Of a DNA stretch of 64,000 nucleotides, positions 32,501-41,108 are shown one piece after another (within the stretch, counting starts at the first letter, position 1; every line of letters begins with the position of its first letter). The notes beneath the pieces were generated by a model. The model did not search any database, was not told the origin of the DNA, and was given only the letters and a program-made list of their open reading frames with translations. The position numbers and the translations under genes are program-made. Origin of the DNA: an uncultured Sphingomonas sp. (GTDB lineage Bacteria; Pseudomonadota; Alphaproteobacteria; Sphingomonadales; Sphingomonadaceae); the NCBI RefSeq assembly GCF_964243205.1, contig NZ_CAXTEO010000012.1; one strand, 5' to 3'.

Positions 32501-33747
32501 GTAGGGACGTATGACGGCCGGGGCGCGGTGATGGAGCCCATGGCGATCGACTCCACCAGCGCTGTCGGATGGGCGGATGCGCACGCGATCGAGATCCGGC
32601 TCGGCCGATAGGGCAGGTACACGCCCACGGACTCGCCGGTCGGAAGCGGATCGGTGAACACGGTGTAGTCGACGGGATGAGCTGCCTGCGACTGCGCCGC
32701 TTTTGGAGCCGGTGCGGTGAGGCGTGACTTGCTCAGTGCCCCGCCAAGCAGCAAGCTACGCCCGGCCGGGCGGGCGAGCAGCGAAATTGGGCGAGTGGCA
32801 GGCGTGGCGGCCGGAGCCGACGTTCCGACGCCGATCGCGGCGAGCGCGTCACCGAGCGACGCACAGCGGATTAGCTCGGCAGGCGTGCCAGCGCCTTTCT
32901 CCAGCACCATGATCTTCACGGTCTGGCTGGTGCCATGCTTGGCATAGGCGTTTGCCGGCAGCTCGAGGTGCAGCGTCAGCGTGCATCCCTCGGTCGCCTT
33001 CGCCCAGGCGCGGCTTGAGGTGTCGACGCGATCGGGGAGGATCGCGGCACAGCGGCCTCCGGCCGCAAGCCGCATCAGTGCGGCCCGCAGATGCCGGAAC
33101 GCGGCCAGCGGGTCGGCGTGACGACCGATGCTGCGCGAGAAGGGAGGATTGATGAGGACGGCCGTTGGCCGGATCGTCCATGGAAGAAGGTCGTGGATCA
33201 GCTCGGCATCGTGGCGCGTGACGGCTACGCCGGGGAAGGCGGCGGCGAGCATCTCGGCGCGCGCGGGATCGATCTCGTTGAGGACGAGGCGAGCGCCGGC
33301 GCGGTGCGCGAAGGTCGCGAGAAGGCCGGTGCCGGCAGAGGGTTCAAGCACCAGGTCCGTAGCCGCGATCCGGGCAGCGAGCGCAGCGAGGTAGGCGATG
33401 GGGGCAGGGGTGGAAAATTGCTGGAGTTCGATCTGCTCCTCGCTGCGAACCGTGTGCGTCGGCAGGCTGGCTACCAGTTCGGTGAGCACGGTGAGGCACG
33501 CGCCAGGATCAGCGGGAAGATCGGCCTTCGCGAGGTACATGACCTCGGCGAGCTCGAGCATGTCGTAGGCGCCGCGAAGCGACCAACGGCCATCGGCCGA
33601 AGACCCGCCATAGGCTTGCTCCATGACCCACAGCAGCGTTTCCCGCTGGAACGATCCGTTCTGGGCGATGGAACACGCGACCGCCTTGGCGGCCGTGATC
33701 GAGGGTTCGGTGAAATCGAGTTCGAGAGCAGCGGCTGAAGTGCGCAT
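29527..33747 (-). CDS. Strawberry-notch-like helicase fused to an N-terminal N6-methyltransferase-like domain
   Basis: LEPSAGTG and NPPF; GDGTGAGKGR, FDEAH, SATG and QGLGRTHR motifs. Confidence 0.93.
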   Translation of the reverse strand: MRTSAAALELDFTEPSITAAKAVACSIAQNGSFQRETLLWVMEQAYGGSSADGRWSLRGAYDMLELAEVMYLAKADLPADPGACLTVLTELVASLPTHTVRSEEQIELQQFSTPAPIAYLAALAARIAATDLVLEPSAGTGLLATFAHRAGARLVLNEIDPARAEMLAAAFPGVAVTRHDAELIHDLLPWTIRPTAVLINPPFSRSIGRHADPLAAFRHLRAALMRLAAGGRCAAILPDRVDTSSRAWAKATEGCTLTLHLELPANAYAKHGTSQTVKIMVLEKGAGTPAELIRCASLGDALAAIGVGTSAPAATPATRPISLLARPAGRSLLLGGALSKSRLTAPAPKAAQSQAAHPVDYTVFTDPLPTGESVGVYLPYRPSRISIACASAHPTALVESIAMGSITAPRPSYVPTLSQSVVDAKTLSDAQLETLIYAGDAFERDIPGRFKPVEAGLSLTLDEEGRPYRTGFFLGDGTGAGKGRQVAAIILDQWLRGRRKHIWISKTETLLEDARRDWTAVGGLALDIQHLNQWKLGTPIGAAEGILFLTYATLRSDRGDKGTRLQQILEWVGDDFDGMVVFDEAHEMAGVAGGEGRFGTKDGSDQGVAGVRLQNLLPRARVLYVSATGASDVNNLAYATRLGLWGPGTAFADRRTFVDSLRRGGIAAMELIARDLKMQGLYVARALSFAGVEYDILNHKLTTDQIEVYDAYADAWAIIHANLRAALDATRVTDSFSKDTYNSGAKAAALSIFESTKQRFFCQLLIGMKLPALIPAIRADLARGESVVIQLVSTSEAMLNRALAALTVEERANLDIELSPREFVMSYLTAAFPVRQMKTFVDDTGKTRSEPMSDEDGRPVFSQEALEMRDNLLEQLCALPIVGSALDHIIGHFGTHAVAEVTGRSRRVIMDAHGRQRVESRSPRTNLAETDAFMRGAKKILIFSDAGGTGRSYHASLTCENQSRRNHYLLEPGWRADAAIQGLGRTHRTHQATAPLFRPVSTDCRGERRFISTIARRLDSLGALTRGQRQTGGQGLFNPRDNLESDYAKESLEQWFRLLSNGKLRSTTLEQFQELTALELEGEGGGIKEELPPIQRWLNRILALRIALQNAIFDEYLGLIEARIEAAKEAGTLDLGVESINAERITILDRTVIRRDQTTGAETEILRLETEERYKPLALDRALRVLGDDARPIVNRKSGKAAIRCSTYSLTDDDGEIVRRFELVRPTRTERMRQDLLVETMWEDASEEVFAALWQAEVEEMSGKTRTSTLYLVTGLLLPVWDRLPGDHVQVWRLNTDDGQSFLGRIVPAPLVSKLADAFGIAATITVSGAETAKHVMTSGEISAVGAYRLKRSLVAGQQRLELLDWPHTRLPELKAAGCFTEIIQHKTRMFIPVATAAAVIDRITA

Positions 33748-33769
33748 CGAGGGTCTCCGGTTTTATAGC

Positions 33770-33813
33770 CCGGTGCTCATCACCGGACAAAAAGCCGAAG
33801 GCTCCCTCTCCTC
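33770..33813. repeat. Conserved upstream structured element, copy 2
   Basis: CCGG-TGCTCATCA-CCGG..AAAGCCGAAGGCTCCCTCTCCTC. Confidence 0.75.
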
Positions 33814-33870
33814 TGGTTCCGAACTGGCTGCCGGCTGCCCAGTTCAGTTCGCGAAGCCGGTAACGCTGTC

Positions 33871-34143
33871 TCACCGATTTCGACGAATGATCGCTCGCAA
33901 CCGGCGGATCGGGTCGCGGAGATCAACGCTGCTCTTTGCCTTAAGCGCTTTGTAGAAAGCATATACCCCGATTCCTACGGCGAGGGTCACGGTGACGTAG
34001 CCGGAAGAGGGGTGCGCGCCGGTATTGTAGGCTTCGAGAACCACCCGAGCGGACTTATACGTCCACCAAGAGATGCTAACGAGCGCCGCGATCATAAAAC
34101 GTATCGCGTTCGTCTGATAAAGTCTGGTCAGATCTTTGAACAT
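33871..34143 (-). CDS. Small two-TM hypothetical membrane protein
   Basis: ATG 34143 with GGAGG RBS; two hydrophobic segments; visibly lower GC than neighbours. Confidence 0.6.
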   Translation of the reverse strand: MFKDLTRLYQTNAIRFMIAALVSISWWTYKSARVVLEAYNTGAHPSSGYVTVTLAVGIGVYAFYKALKAKSSVDLRDPIRRLRAIIRRNR

Positions 34144-34267
34144 TCGAGCCTCCTTTGTTGGCGACACCATGCTCGCAGGAGGGCGGTCGTTCGGTCCAGA
34201 GGCCCTGAAACGCGGCCTACTCAAGAAAGCCTCATTTGCATTTCAGGGCAAAATAGTGTCGATATGG

Positions 34268-35212
34268 TCAGGCCTTAGGGCGCTCTCGAGAGACACCCTC
34301 TTCCAACGTTCTCAGAGCCAGATGTGCCCTCCAAGCGTCGTTCCAGTCGTCATGATGTTCCGGCACGCGGCTGACGAGCTCGCGACCATTGGCAGTGAGA
34401 TGGTCGTACGCCTTCTTCAGCAGCCGTTCGGCCGCTGGGCCGCGATCGCCATAGACGATCACGCGGCGCACCTTTTCCGGGATGGCGACGAAGGCGAGCC
34501 GTTCGACGCCGCCCAAAGCCCAGGTCGGCGTGCCAAACCATTCCATTGCCGAGTGCGCGTCCTCGATGCCTTCGGCGAGGCCCAACTCGTCGGTGGCGGG
34601 CGCGAGCCGGATCGCCGCGCTGCCGAGCAGGCCGAGGGAGACCTTGGGCTTCGGCATCGGCTTGCGCAGCACGTTATCGGGATCAAGGAAGGTGCGCTGG
34701 ACGGCGACGAGGCCAAGATCATTTTCGACCGCGGCGATCATGGCGGGCAGCATGCGCTTGTCCGGGCCAGAGCCGAGAATGGTCGACGGGTTGAAGCGCA
34801 GCGCCTTGGCGAAGGGGCCGGACAGCCCGCGCGCGAAGAGGTATTCCTCGGCGAGCGTCCCTGCGATCGGTACGCTCGCCTTCCAAAGCCGGAGCGCCAG
34901 CGCGCCCATGTCGCGCTTGGGCTTGGCGTCAGGCATCGAGACGGGGCCACAATCGTGGAGCTTGCGACGCTGGAGGGCCTTCAGGACCTCGGGCGTGGTG
35001 CAGCCGGCGAAGCAATGAAAAAGGATCGCGGTATCGCCAAGGCGGACGGACAGGCTCGGAGAGCCGTCGTCGTGCGCGGGGCAGCGGCATTCGCCGCGCG
35101 TGCCGCGCCATACACCGCCGAGCTGTTCGACGATGCCCTTGGCGCGGATCTCAGCGTCCAGTGGCAGTCGCGCCATCGTGATCGTCCTGTGAGCTCGGTG
35201 AATTTCGGTCAT
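34268..35212 (-). CDS. Zn-finger plus Toprim domain (primase-like) protein
   Basis: CPAHDD...HCFAGC, LAEGIED, YGDRG and DDWND motifs. Confidence 0.9.
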   Translation of the reverse strand: MTEIHRAHRTITMARLPLDAEIRAKGIVEQLGGVWRGTRGECRCPAHDDGSPSLSVRLGDTAILFHCFAGCTTPEVLKALQRRKLHDCGPVSMPDAKPKRDMGALALRLWKASVPIAGTLAEEYLFARGLSGPFAKALRFNPSTILGSGPDKRMLPAMIAAVENDLGLVAVQRTFLDPDNVLRKPMPKPKVSLGLLGSAAIRLAPATDELGLAEGIEDAHSAMEWFGTPTWALGGVERLAFVAIPEKVRRVIVYGDRGPAAERLLKKAYDHLTANGRELVSRVPEHHDDWNDAWRAHLALRTLEEGVSRERPKA

Positions 35213-35311
35213 GGAGGCCTCCGGGGAAATTTGTGCGAAGGGCAGCTGGCATCCTCTCCTCCAAGGCGGCGAACGCCGGCCGACCCCGCGTCCGCGCGGA
35301 TGTCGGGCCGT

Positions 35312-35755
35312 CTAGCTGTAGCGGCCTGAAAAGAGGTCGCCGAGCGCTCGCTTGCGAAAGGCGTTCCACCACCGACGCCGACGATGTTCGGATGCGTCGT
35401 GGATCATGTGGCAGCGTTGGCAGAGAGCGGCGAGATTGCGCCAGCGAGGGCCGCTGTAGGTAGGATCGTGGTTGAGGTGCGCGGTCGCGAGATAGACGGG
35501 CTTGCGGGTCATACGGATGGACTCGAGCGGTACGAACTCCGGCTGATGACGAAGCTGGCGCCCTCGACCGTCGCGCCAGGTGCGGATTTCGGGATCCCAC
35601 CAGACGCCAGCGGCATCGACGATCTGCGCGATATGTCGCCCGTGCGGGCGTCGGCAATGCTCGCAGCGTCCGCCCGCGCGCGTAAAGCGCACGATTCGGC
35701 TGATCTCCGGCCAGTCGATCGGATAGAGCCAGCGATGTTCCGGGCGGATTGGCAT
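35312..35755 (-). CDS. HNH-like hypothetical protein
   Basis: CEHC...AHLNHDP...NLAALCQRCH. Confidence 0.75.
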   Translation of the reverse strand: MPIRPEHRWLYPIDWPEISRIVRFTRAGGRCEHCRRPHGRHIAQIVDAAGVWWDPEIRTWRDGRGRQLRHQPEFVPLESIRMTRKPVYLATAHLNHDPTYSGPRWRNLAALCQRCHMIHDASEHRRRRWWNAFRKRALGDLFSGRYS

Positions 35756-35824
35756 GCGGGCGATTCTGAATTATGCCGGACCAGAACGAAAGGAGAAAAT
35801 CGCCGTTTGCGGCAATATTCTCGG

Positions 35825-36052
35825 TCAAGGTTTCAACCCCGTCGTAGAGTTCGCGGCGCCCGATGCGGTGTCGGTCGGCGTGACGTACTCGTAAGTGCCG
35901 GGCTTGGACATTTTGAAGGATCCGCCGCGAGGGTTCGGCACTTCGGGATGGTCGCGATAATAGTCCGCTGCGGACTGCTGCGAGGGCTGCTTGTTGCATC
36001 CCGCAAGCGTGGCGGCGCCGGCGAGCAGAACGATAAGCTTGGTTCGAATCAC
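35825..36052 (-). CDS. Small lipoprotein
   Basis: LAGC lipobox after a signal peptide; GGGAG RBS. Confidence 0.65.
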   Translation of the reverse strand: MIRTKLIVLLAGAATLAGCNKQPSQQSAADYYRDHPEVPNPRGGSFKMSKPGTYEYVTPTDTASGAANSTTGLKP

Positions 36053-36079
36053 GATTGGCTCCCTTGCGGTTCATATCGA

Positions 36080-36622
36080 TCAGGCGCGGCGTCTCGCGCC
36101 CGTCAACGGCGAGTTGGCGACCGTCGCGATAGCTGGCTGAAGTGGCTGAAGCCGTGCGGCGATGTCGGCCGTCGTCAGCCGACCCGCGGGTAGGCAGATC
36201 GTGCGGTAGCCAGCAGAGGCAGTCATCGCGTCGCGCAGCCGGTCACGAAAGGCATTGTGGCTGCGATCGTCCAACTCGACGAGGGGGAGGATCGCGCCTG
36301 ACGCGCGGTCCTCGATAACGAAGTCGACGATCTTCTGAGAGAACGTGTTGCAGGCCCGCATAGCGGCTTCGCGAGCGACGCCGCTCTTGGCCTGCAAGAG
36401 CGCGCCCATCTAGACTTGCACATGTACGCGGGCGTGGGGCAGGACGCGTTCAATGTTGGCTCGCGCGGCGCGCTCGCGTTCGGTGAGTAGCCCTTGGCGC
36501 GTACCCGTCGCGTGCGCAGGATTGGGAAGGCGATCGTCACCCGGATGGGCCGAGACCGCTTGCGGTCTCGGTCGGGGCGTAGCTCCGATAGAGCCGTGCC
36601 GAAGGCCGCCCCCGCGGTTCAT
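36080..36622 (-). pseudogene. DUF2726-domain gene interrupted by an in-frame TAG
   Basis: LLTERE...VHVQV*MGALL...VDFVI...VELDDRSH...RDAM in one frame; stop at 36410-36412. Confidence 0.8.
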
Positions 36623-36951
36623 CAGCTATTCTCTGCGTCGGCCTTGGTCAGGACCGAAAACGTGTCGGCGATCAGCTCGGTACGGTAGGAAATATCGTTG
36701 CTCTCGCCCTGGTGGTTGCTTTCACGAACGCGCCCGGTGATGTGAACGAGATCACCCTTGCCCGCAGCTTCGACCTGGTTTGCAACATTGGAGAAGCAGA
36801 CCACGCTGTTCCAATGCGTGTCCGTCTTCCACTCGTCGCCGTCGCGCCGATTATAGTTAGCGGCTACGCTCACGTAGCTCACGCGCTCACGCACGGTAAT
36901 CTTGCCGATCCGGCCGATGATCCGAAACTCCGCGATATTCTGAGGCATCAT
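36622..36951 (-). CDS. ssb: Single-stranded DNA-binding protein (short)
   Basis: IIGRIG, WKTDTHWNSVVCF and KGDLVHITGR motifs. Confidence 0.85.
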   Translation of the reverse strand: MMPQNIAEFRIIGRIGKITVRERVSYVSVAANYNRRDGDEWKTDTHWNSVVCFSNVANQVEAAGKGDLVHITGRVRESNHQGESNDISYRTELIADTFSVLTKADAENS

Positions 36952-36999
36952 ACTCTCCTTTGCTGAAGTGAAATGCTGAATGCGGGCGTTCGAACGGCG

Positions 37000-37647
37000 C
37001 TAGTCGCGCTGCTCCTCGGTGTGCTGGAAGTGGTATTTCGCGATGTTCTCGGGCGTCGCGTAGATCTGGTAGGCCCGCGTCCAGTCGTGACTTATCTCGC
37101 GCTGGGCGATCGCGAGCGGCACCTGCCGGGTGCAAACCAGGCGCCACAGCACATAGGCCAGGACGTTCTTGTCGCCGGCGTTGGCTTGGCCACGACGTGG
37201 CTGCAGCCACAGGTCGCGTCGATCTAGCGGCGAGCCGCCTATCGAGATCGGGACCAAGTGATCCAGTTCGTAATCCGCTAACGGCTCGCCTGGATGCTGG
37301 GCGTCCATCATTTGGCGCTTCAGCGGGCCGGTGATCGCGTAGGCCGGACGGGCCGACCGGGCGTAGCCGGGGCGGCAGATCGTCTCGTCGATGGTATTCT
37401 GCGTGATGGCGGTGTCGATCGCGCCGGGTGTTTCCGGCGGGGGAAGCACAGACGCGCCATTACCCGTCAGGATCGGGCTATGGGCGACCTTGGAGAGACC
37501 CGCGACGGCGTCGCAAATCGAGCCGTCGCCGCGTGCAGTACAGCCGAAGGTGTCGGACGCGGCCGATCCATCGTCGGCCGACGGGTGGTGCCACAGCACC
37601 ACGGCGGCAAGGATCGCCGCGCCGCCCAAAAGCGCGCGCGCCCTCAA
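37000..37647 (-). CDS. Exported HNH-like hypothetical protein
   Basis: N-terminal hydrophobic segment; YELDHLVPISIGG...DLWLQP. Confidence 0.7.
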   Translation of the reverse strand: MRARALLGGAAILAAVVLWHHPSADDGSAASDTFGCTARGDGSICDAVAGLSKVAHSPILTGNGASVLPPPETPGAIDTAITQNTIDETICRPGYARSARPAYAITGPLKRQMMDAQHPGEPLADYELDHLVPISIGGSPLDRRDLWLQPRRGQANAGDKNVLAYVLWRLVCTRQVPLAIAQREISHDWTRAYQIYATPENIAKYHFQHTEEQRD

Positions 37648-37858
37648 GCAAATCCTGCGGCCAAGGGGGCCGGATGGCGATGGTGCGCCACGACATCCGC
37701 GAAATCGCGGCGGGGGGAGGTCGTCCTAGCCATTGTCCGATATTAACATATAGTCGAAGATGGACAACAATTTTTGTGGAGGGGGTCACGACCCGCAAAT
37801 GAGCTTTACGTCGCCCCCGCCGGAGATCTTCCGGACGGGGCGACGCTGCCATAAATGA

Positions 37859-38597
37859 TCAGAACTGCGAAAGGCCGCCATCGACAACGATTTTCGTGCC
37901 GGTGACATAGGCGCTGTCGTCGCTCGCGAGGAAGGGCACGGGGCGCGCGACCTCGTCGGCCTCGCCGAAGCGCTGGAGCGGCACCTGGCCCTCGACACCC
38001 TCTGCGAAGTCCTTCAGCTCCTGCTCGCTCACGCTCAGCTTGCTGGCAAACGGCGTGCTGATCGGGCCGGGACTGACGGCGTTGATGCGAATGCCGCGTG
38101 GCGCCAGCTCGGCACCGAGCGTCTGGGCCAGCGAGCGCACCGCCGCCTTGGTAGCCGACAGAATCGAGAGACCCGGCGTGCCCTTGCTGTTGAGGAAGGA
38201 GGTGGTGACCACGATGCTGCCGCCATTGGCCATCAGCGGCAACGCCTTCTGGATGGTGAAGAACAGGACCTTGAAGTTCACGTCGAACTTCTCATCGATC
38301 TGCTCCTCCGTCACGGCTTCCAGCGGCGCAGCGCGGCCGAGGCCGGCATTGGCGTAAAGAACGTCGATCCGACCGTAGCGCTGGCGCACGGTCGATTTCG
38401 GCTGGCCGGCGCAGGTCCGCAGCGACCGTGATGCCATCGTCGCCGAGCGCCGCCGCGGCCGCCTTCAGCCGGTCCTCGTCGATGCCGACCACGACGACTT
38501 TGGCGCCTTCCTGCCGAAACAGCTCGGCCGCTGCGAGGCCGATGCCGGACGTGCCGCCGGTAACGAGGGCAATCTTGTTGCTAAGCTTCATCTTCAT
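37859..38597 (-). pseudogene. Frameshifted SDR
   Basis: TGGTSGIG in one frame; RIDVLYANAG...VSPGPI...VDGG in another; break near 38390. Confidence 0.85.
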
Positions 38598-38721
38598 TCT
38601 CCTGACTTGCACGATGGGTTGCGAAGTCGGAGCGCGCGTTCCGTAGGGAGAGATATGGCCGGACGGCCGCCGGCTCTCAAATGGGATGATCTCGACCGCC
38701 GGAGTAGATAATGTTTAGCGC

Positions 38722-39636
38722 ATGCGAGTCCCCGACCATTTCAACGCTCTGCGCGCCGTCGAGGCGGCCGCGCGCCACCAGAGCTTCGCGCTCGCCGTAC
38801 AGGAGTTGAGCGTTACGCCGGCGGCGATCGGCCAACTCGTCCGACGCCTCGAAGAAACCCTTGGTGTGAGCATGTTTCATCGTGCGCAGTCAGGGCCAGC
38901 CCGATTGGTCGCCACAGAGGCCGCCAAGGCGGCAATCCCGGAGCTACAGGAAGGCTTTCCACGTCTGGCCGCGGCCATGGACAGGCTTCGCTTCGCGGGG
39001 ACGCGCCGATCGCTTTCGGTCACGGTGCCGATGGCGTTTGCGGACAAGTGGCTGCTGTATCGCCTCGATGGGTTTCGTGAACAGCATCCGGAATGCGAGC
39101 TTCGGATCGATACGAGCACCGCGCTGGTCGATTCACCAGCCAGTCGATCGATCTCGGCTTTCGATACGGCGCGGGCATCTGGTCGGGCCTTGTCGCCTTC
39201 CCCTTCGCACGCGACGCTTTCGTTCCCGTCTGCAGCCCCGCGCTGCTGGACCGCTTAAAGCCTCTCGAGCGGCCGCAAAACTTGCTCCAGCATAAGCTCA
39301 TCCACGACAGATTGATGGCGACGACTGCCGCCTTCAGAACATGGGCTGACTGGTTTATTGCCGCTGGTCTTGATGCGCCGGGGAGCAACTGAGGTCTACG
39401 GATCAACGATTCGGCTGCCGCCTACCGCATGGCGATCGCGGGCCACGGCATTGCGATAGGGCGGACAACGCTAGTCGCGGAGGATTTGCGCGAGGGGCGT
39501 CTCGTCCGTCCCTTCGGTCCCGAACTTGAGTGCCCGCTTGCCTATCACAATGGTCTGCCGGCCGCAGGATGCGAATGATCCGACGATCATCGCCTTTCGG
39601 AATTGGCTCGTCGAGGAAGCGGCGAGCCCCATATAG
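38722..39636 (+). pseudogene. GcvA-like LysR regulator pseudogene
   Basis: Intact HTH; frameshift near 39130, TGA at 39390 and a further frameshift near 39550; ends IIAFRNWLVEEA. Confidence 0.85.
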
Positions 39637-39961
39637 CTCAATCGCGCGCAGACGTACGGACGCTTTTGTCAGACTCGGAAGCCAATGCTCTTATCGGAGA
39701 ATATCGTATCCTGGTCAATTTTTATCTTCCGCCTCTGCTCACAAAAAACGAGCGGACGACCCATCCACGAAGCGGACCGATAGACCTCGATGATCAATGG
39801 ACCACTCAAGCGCGGTCTCCACCGCTGGGAGCAAAGGCAGCGAACACTCCAACGACCAGTAGGGCCAAATTCGTCACCGATTTGCCTAAGATTGCCCCCT
39901 ATCGAGGGGCCGGCATAGCACAGTGCGATGACCGGGTATGGTCGGCACCGGCCCTGCGGCG

Positions 39962-40861
39962 TTACGCCGCCTGGTTTTCGAGGCGAGCAGAAGGGGCGCG
40001 GTTTCGCGGCGTCAAAACAACGACAGTGTCGAGCTTCGTCACCCGGCGACCGCGCGTATCAAGCCGCGGCTCGCTCGGTACGGCCTCCTTGAGTGAGAGC
40101 TTGTACTCTGGAAGATCGTCGCGGGCTTCGACCGCTTTCAGGTGCTGCTTGAATTTTGAGGCTTCCGCTGTCGAACCAACCTTGCGCGACAAAAGCTCGA
40201 TCGGCAATTCGATCTCCTCGCCTTCGCAGTGGCAGTGGGCGATCTCGTAAAGACGGCGTTCGATGGTGCCGAGGCGAAAATAGTCGTGGTGATAATGGTA
40301 GATATGGCCATCGAGCTGAATGGCCCGGTGAAGCCAAGGGCACAGGCGGACCTTCACGACCCTAAGCTGCTGCTCGCCATTAGGCAGAACGGCATACTCA
40401 GCCGTTGCTTCCGAAAGCCACGAGAACCAACCCTTCTCGATTTTGGAACCGGTCTGGATGTTGGTCTTTATCTGCGTACCCTGCAGACGCTCAAGGGCGT
40501 CCGTGAACCGATCATAATCACGCTTGGATGGCCGCGCGACGCCGGTGATGCGGAAGAAATCATGAGCGGTGAAAGTGAAGTTCTGATCCACTTCCTCGCC
40601 ACGACCAATCGCCTGAGCCATCAGCGACGCGACGTAGAGGATGATCTCCTTGTCGTACATCGTTGCGATGCCAGTGGCGCTCGGCCTGATCTGGATGCTC
40701 AGCTTGCCGATCTTGAACTCGAGCTCTTTCTCGACCGGCACCTTGGAAAGCGCGAAGAAGGGAAAGTCCATGACGCTGCGCTCGCCGCGAACCTTGCCGT
40801 GGAGCGGGCTATCAGGTTCGAACAGATTGCCCTGGCGCGTGACGATAGCTGGCTTGCTCAT
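39962..40861 (-). CDS. Replication initiator protein A (RPA family)
   Basis: MDFPFFALSK, GIATMYDKEI, ALERLQGT and ERRLYEIA motifs. Confidence 0.88.
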   Translation of the reverse strand: MSKPAIVTRQGNLFEPDSPLHGKVRGERSVMDFPFFALSKVPVEKELEFKIGKLSIQIRPSATGIATMYDKEIILYVASLMAQAIGRGEEVDQNFTFTAHDFFRITGVARPSKRDYDRFTDALERLQGTQIKTNIQTGSKIEKGWFSWLSEATAEYAVLPNGEQQLRVVKVRLCPWLHRAIQLDGHIYHYHHDYFRLGTIERRLYEIAHCHCEGEEIELPIELLSRKVGSTAEASKFKQHLKAVEARDDLPEYKLSLKEAVPSEPRLDTRGRRVTKLDTVVVLTPRNRAPSARLENQAA

Positions 40862-40934
40862 AGCGGTCCCTCGGGGCCTGATTCTTGTCGAGCAATCCTA
40901 ACGTCATTTCGATTGCGATGCATCGGCTAAGCGC

Positions 40935-41108
40935 GACGATCTGCCCGAAAGCACGAGTCGAGCCGCAGCGTCACGATGTTATCCGCCAAACGTAGCGTGT
41001 CGAACAATCCGGCAGGGTAGGGGGCTCGTGCTTTCGGGCAGATCGTCCAAACGCCATACCCTTCCGACCCCTGCTGCCCGGATCACGACGATCTGCCCGA
41101 AAGCACGA
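40935..41108. repeat. Iteron-like 23-bp repeats, cluster 1 (3 copies)
   Basis: GACGATCTGCCCGAAAGCACGAG at 40935-40957, its exact inverse at 41025-41047, and a 22-nt copy at 41087-41108. Confidence 0.9.

Noticed and set aside
29450-33813. UGAUGAG on the minus strand suggesting a hammerhead ribozyme
   Set aside because: The preceding C is absent and no GAAA or three-way junction is visible; the motif sits in a simple hairpin
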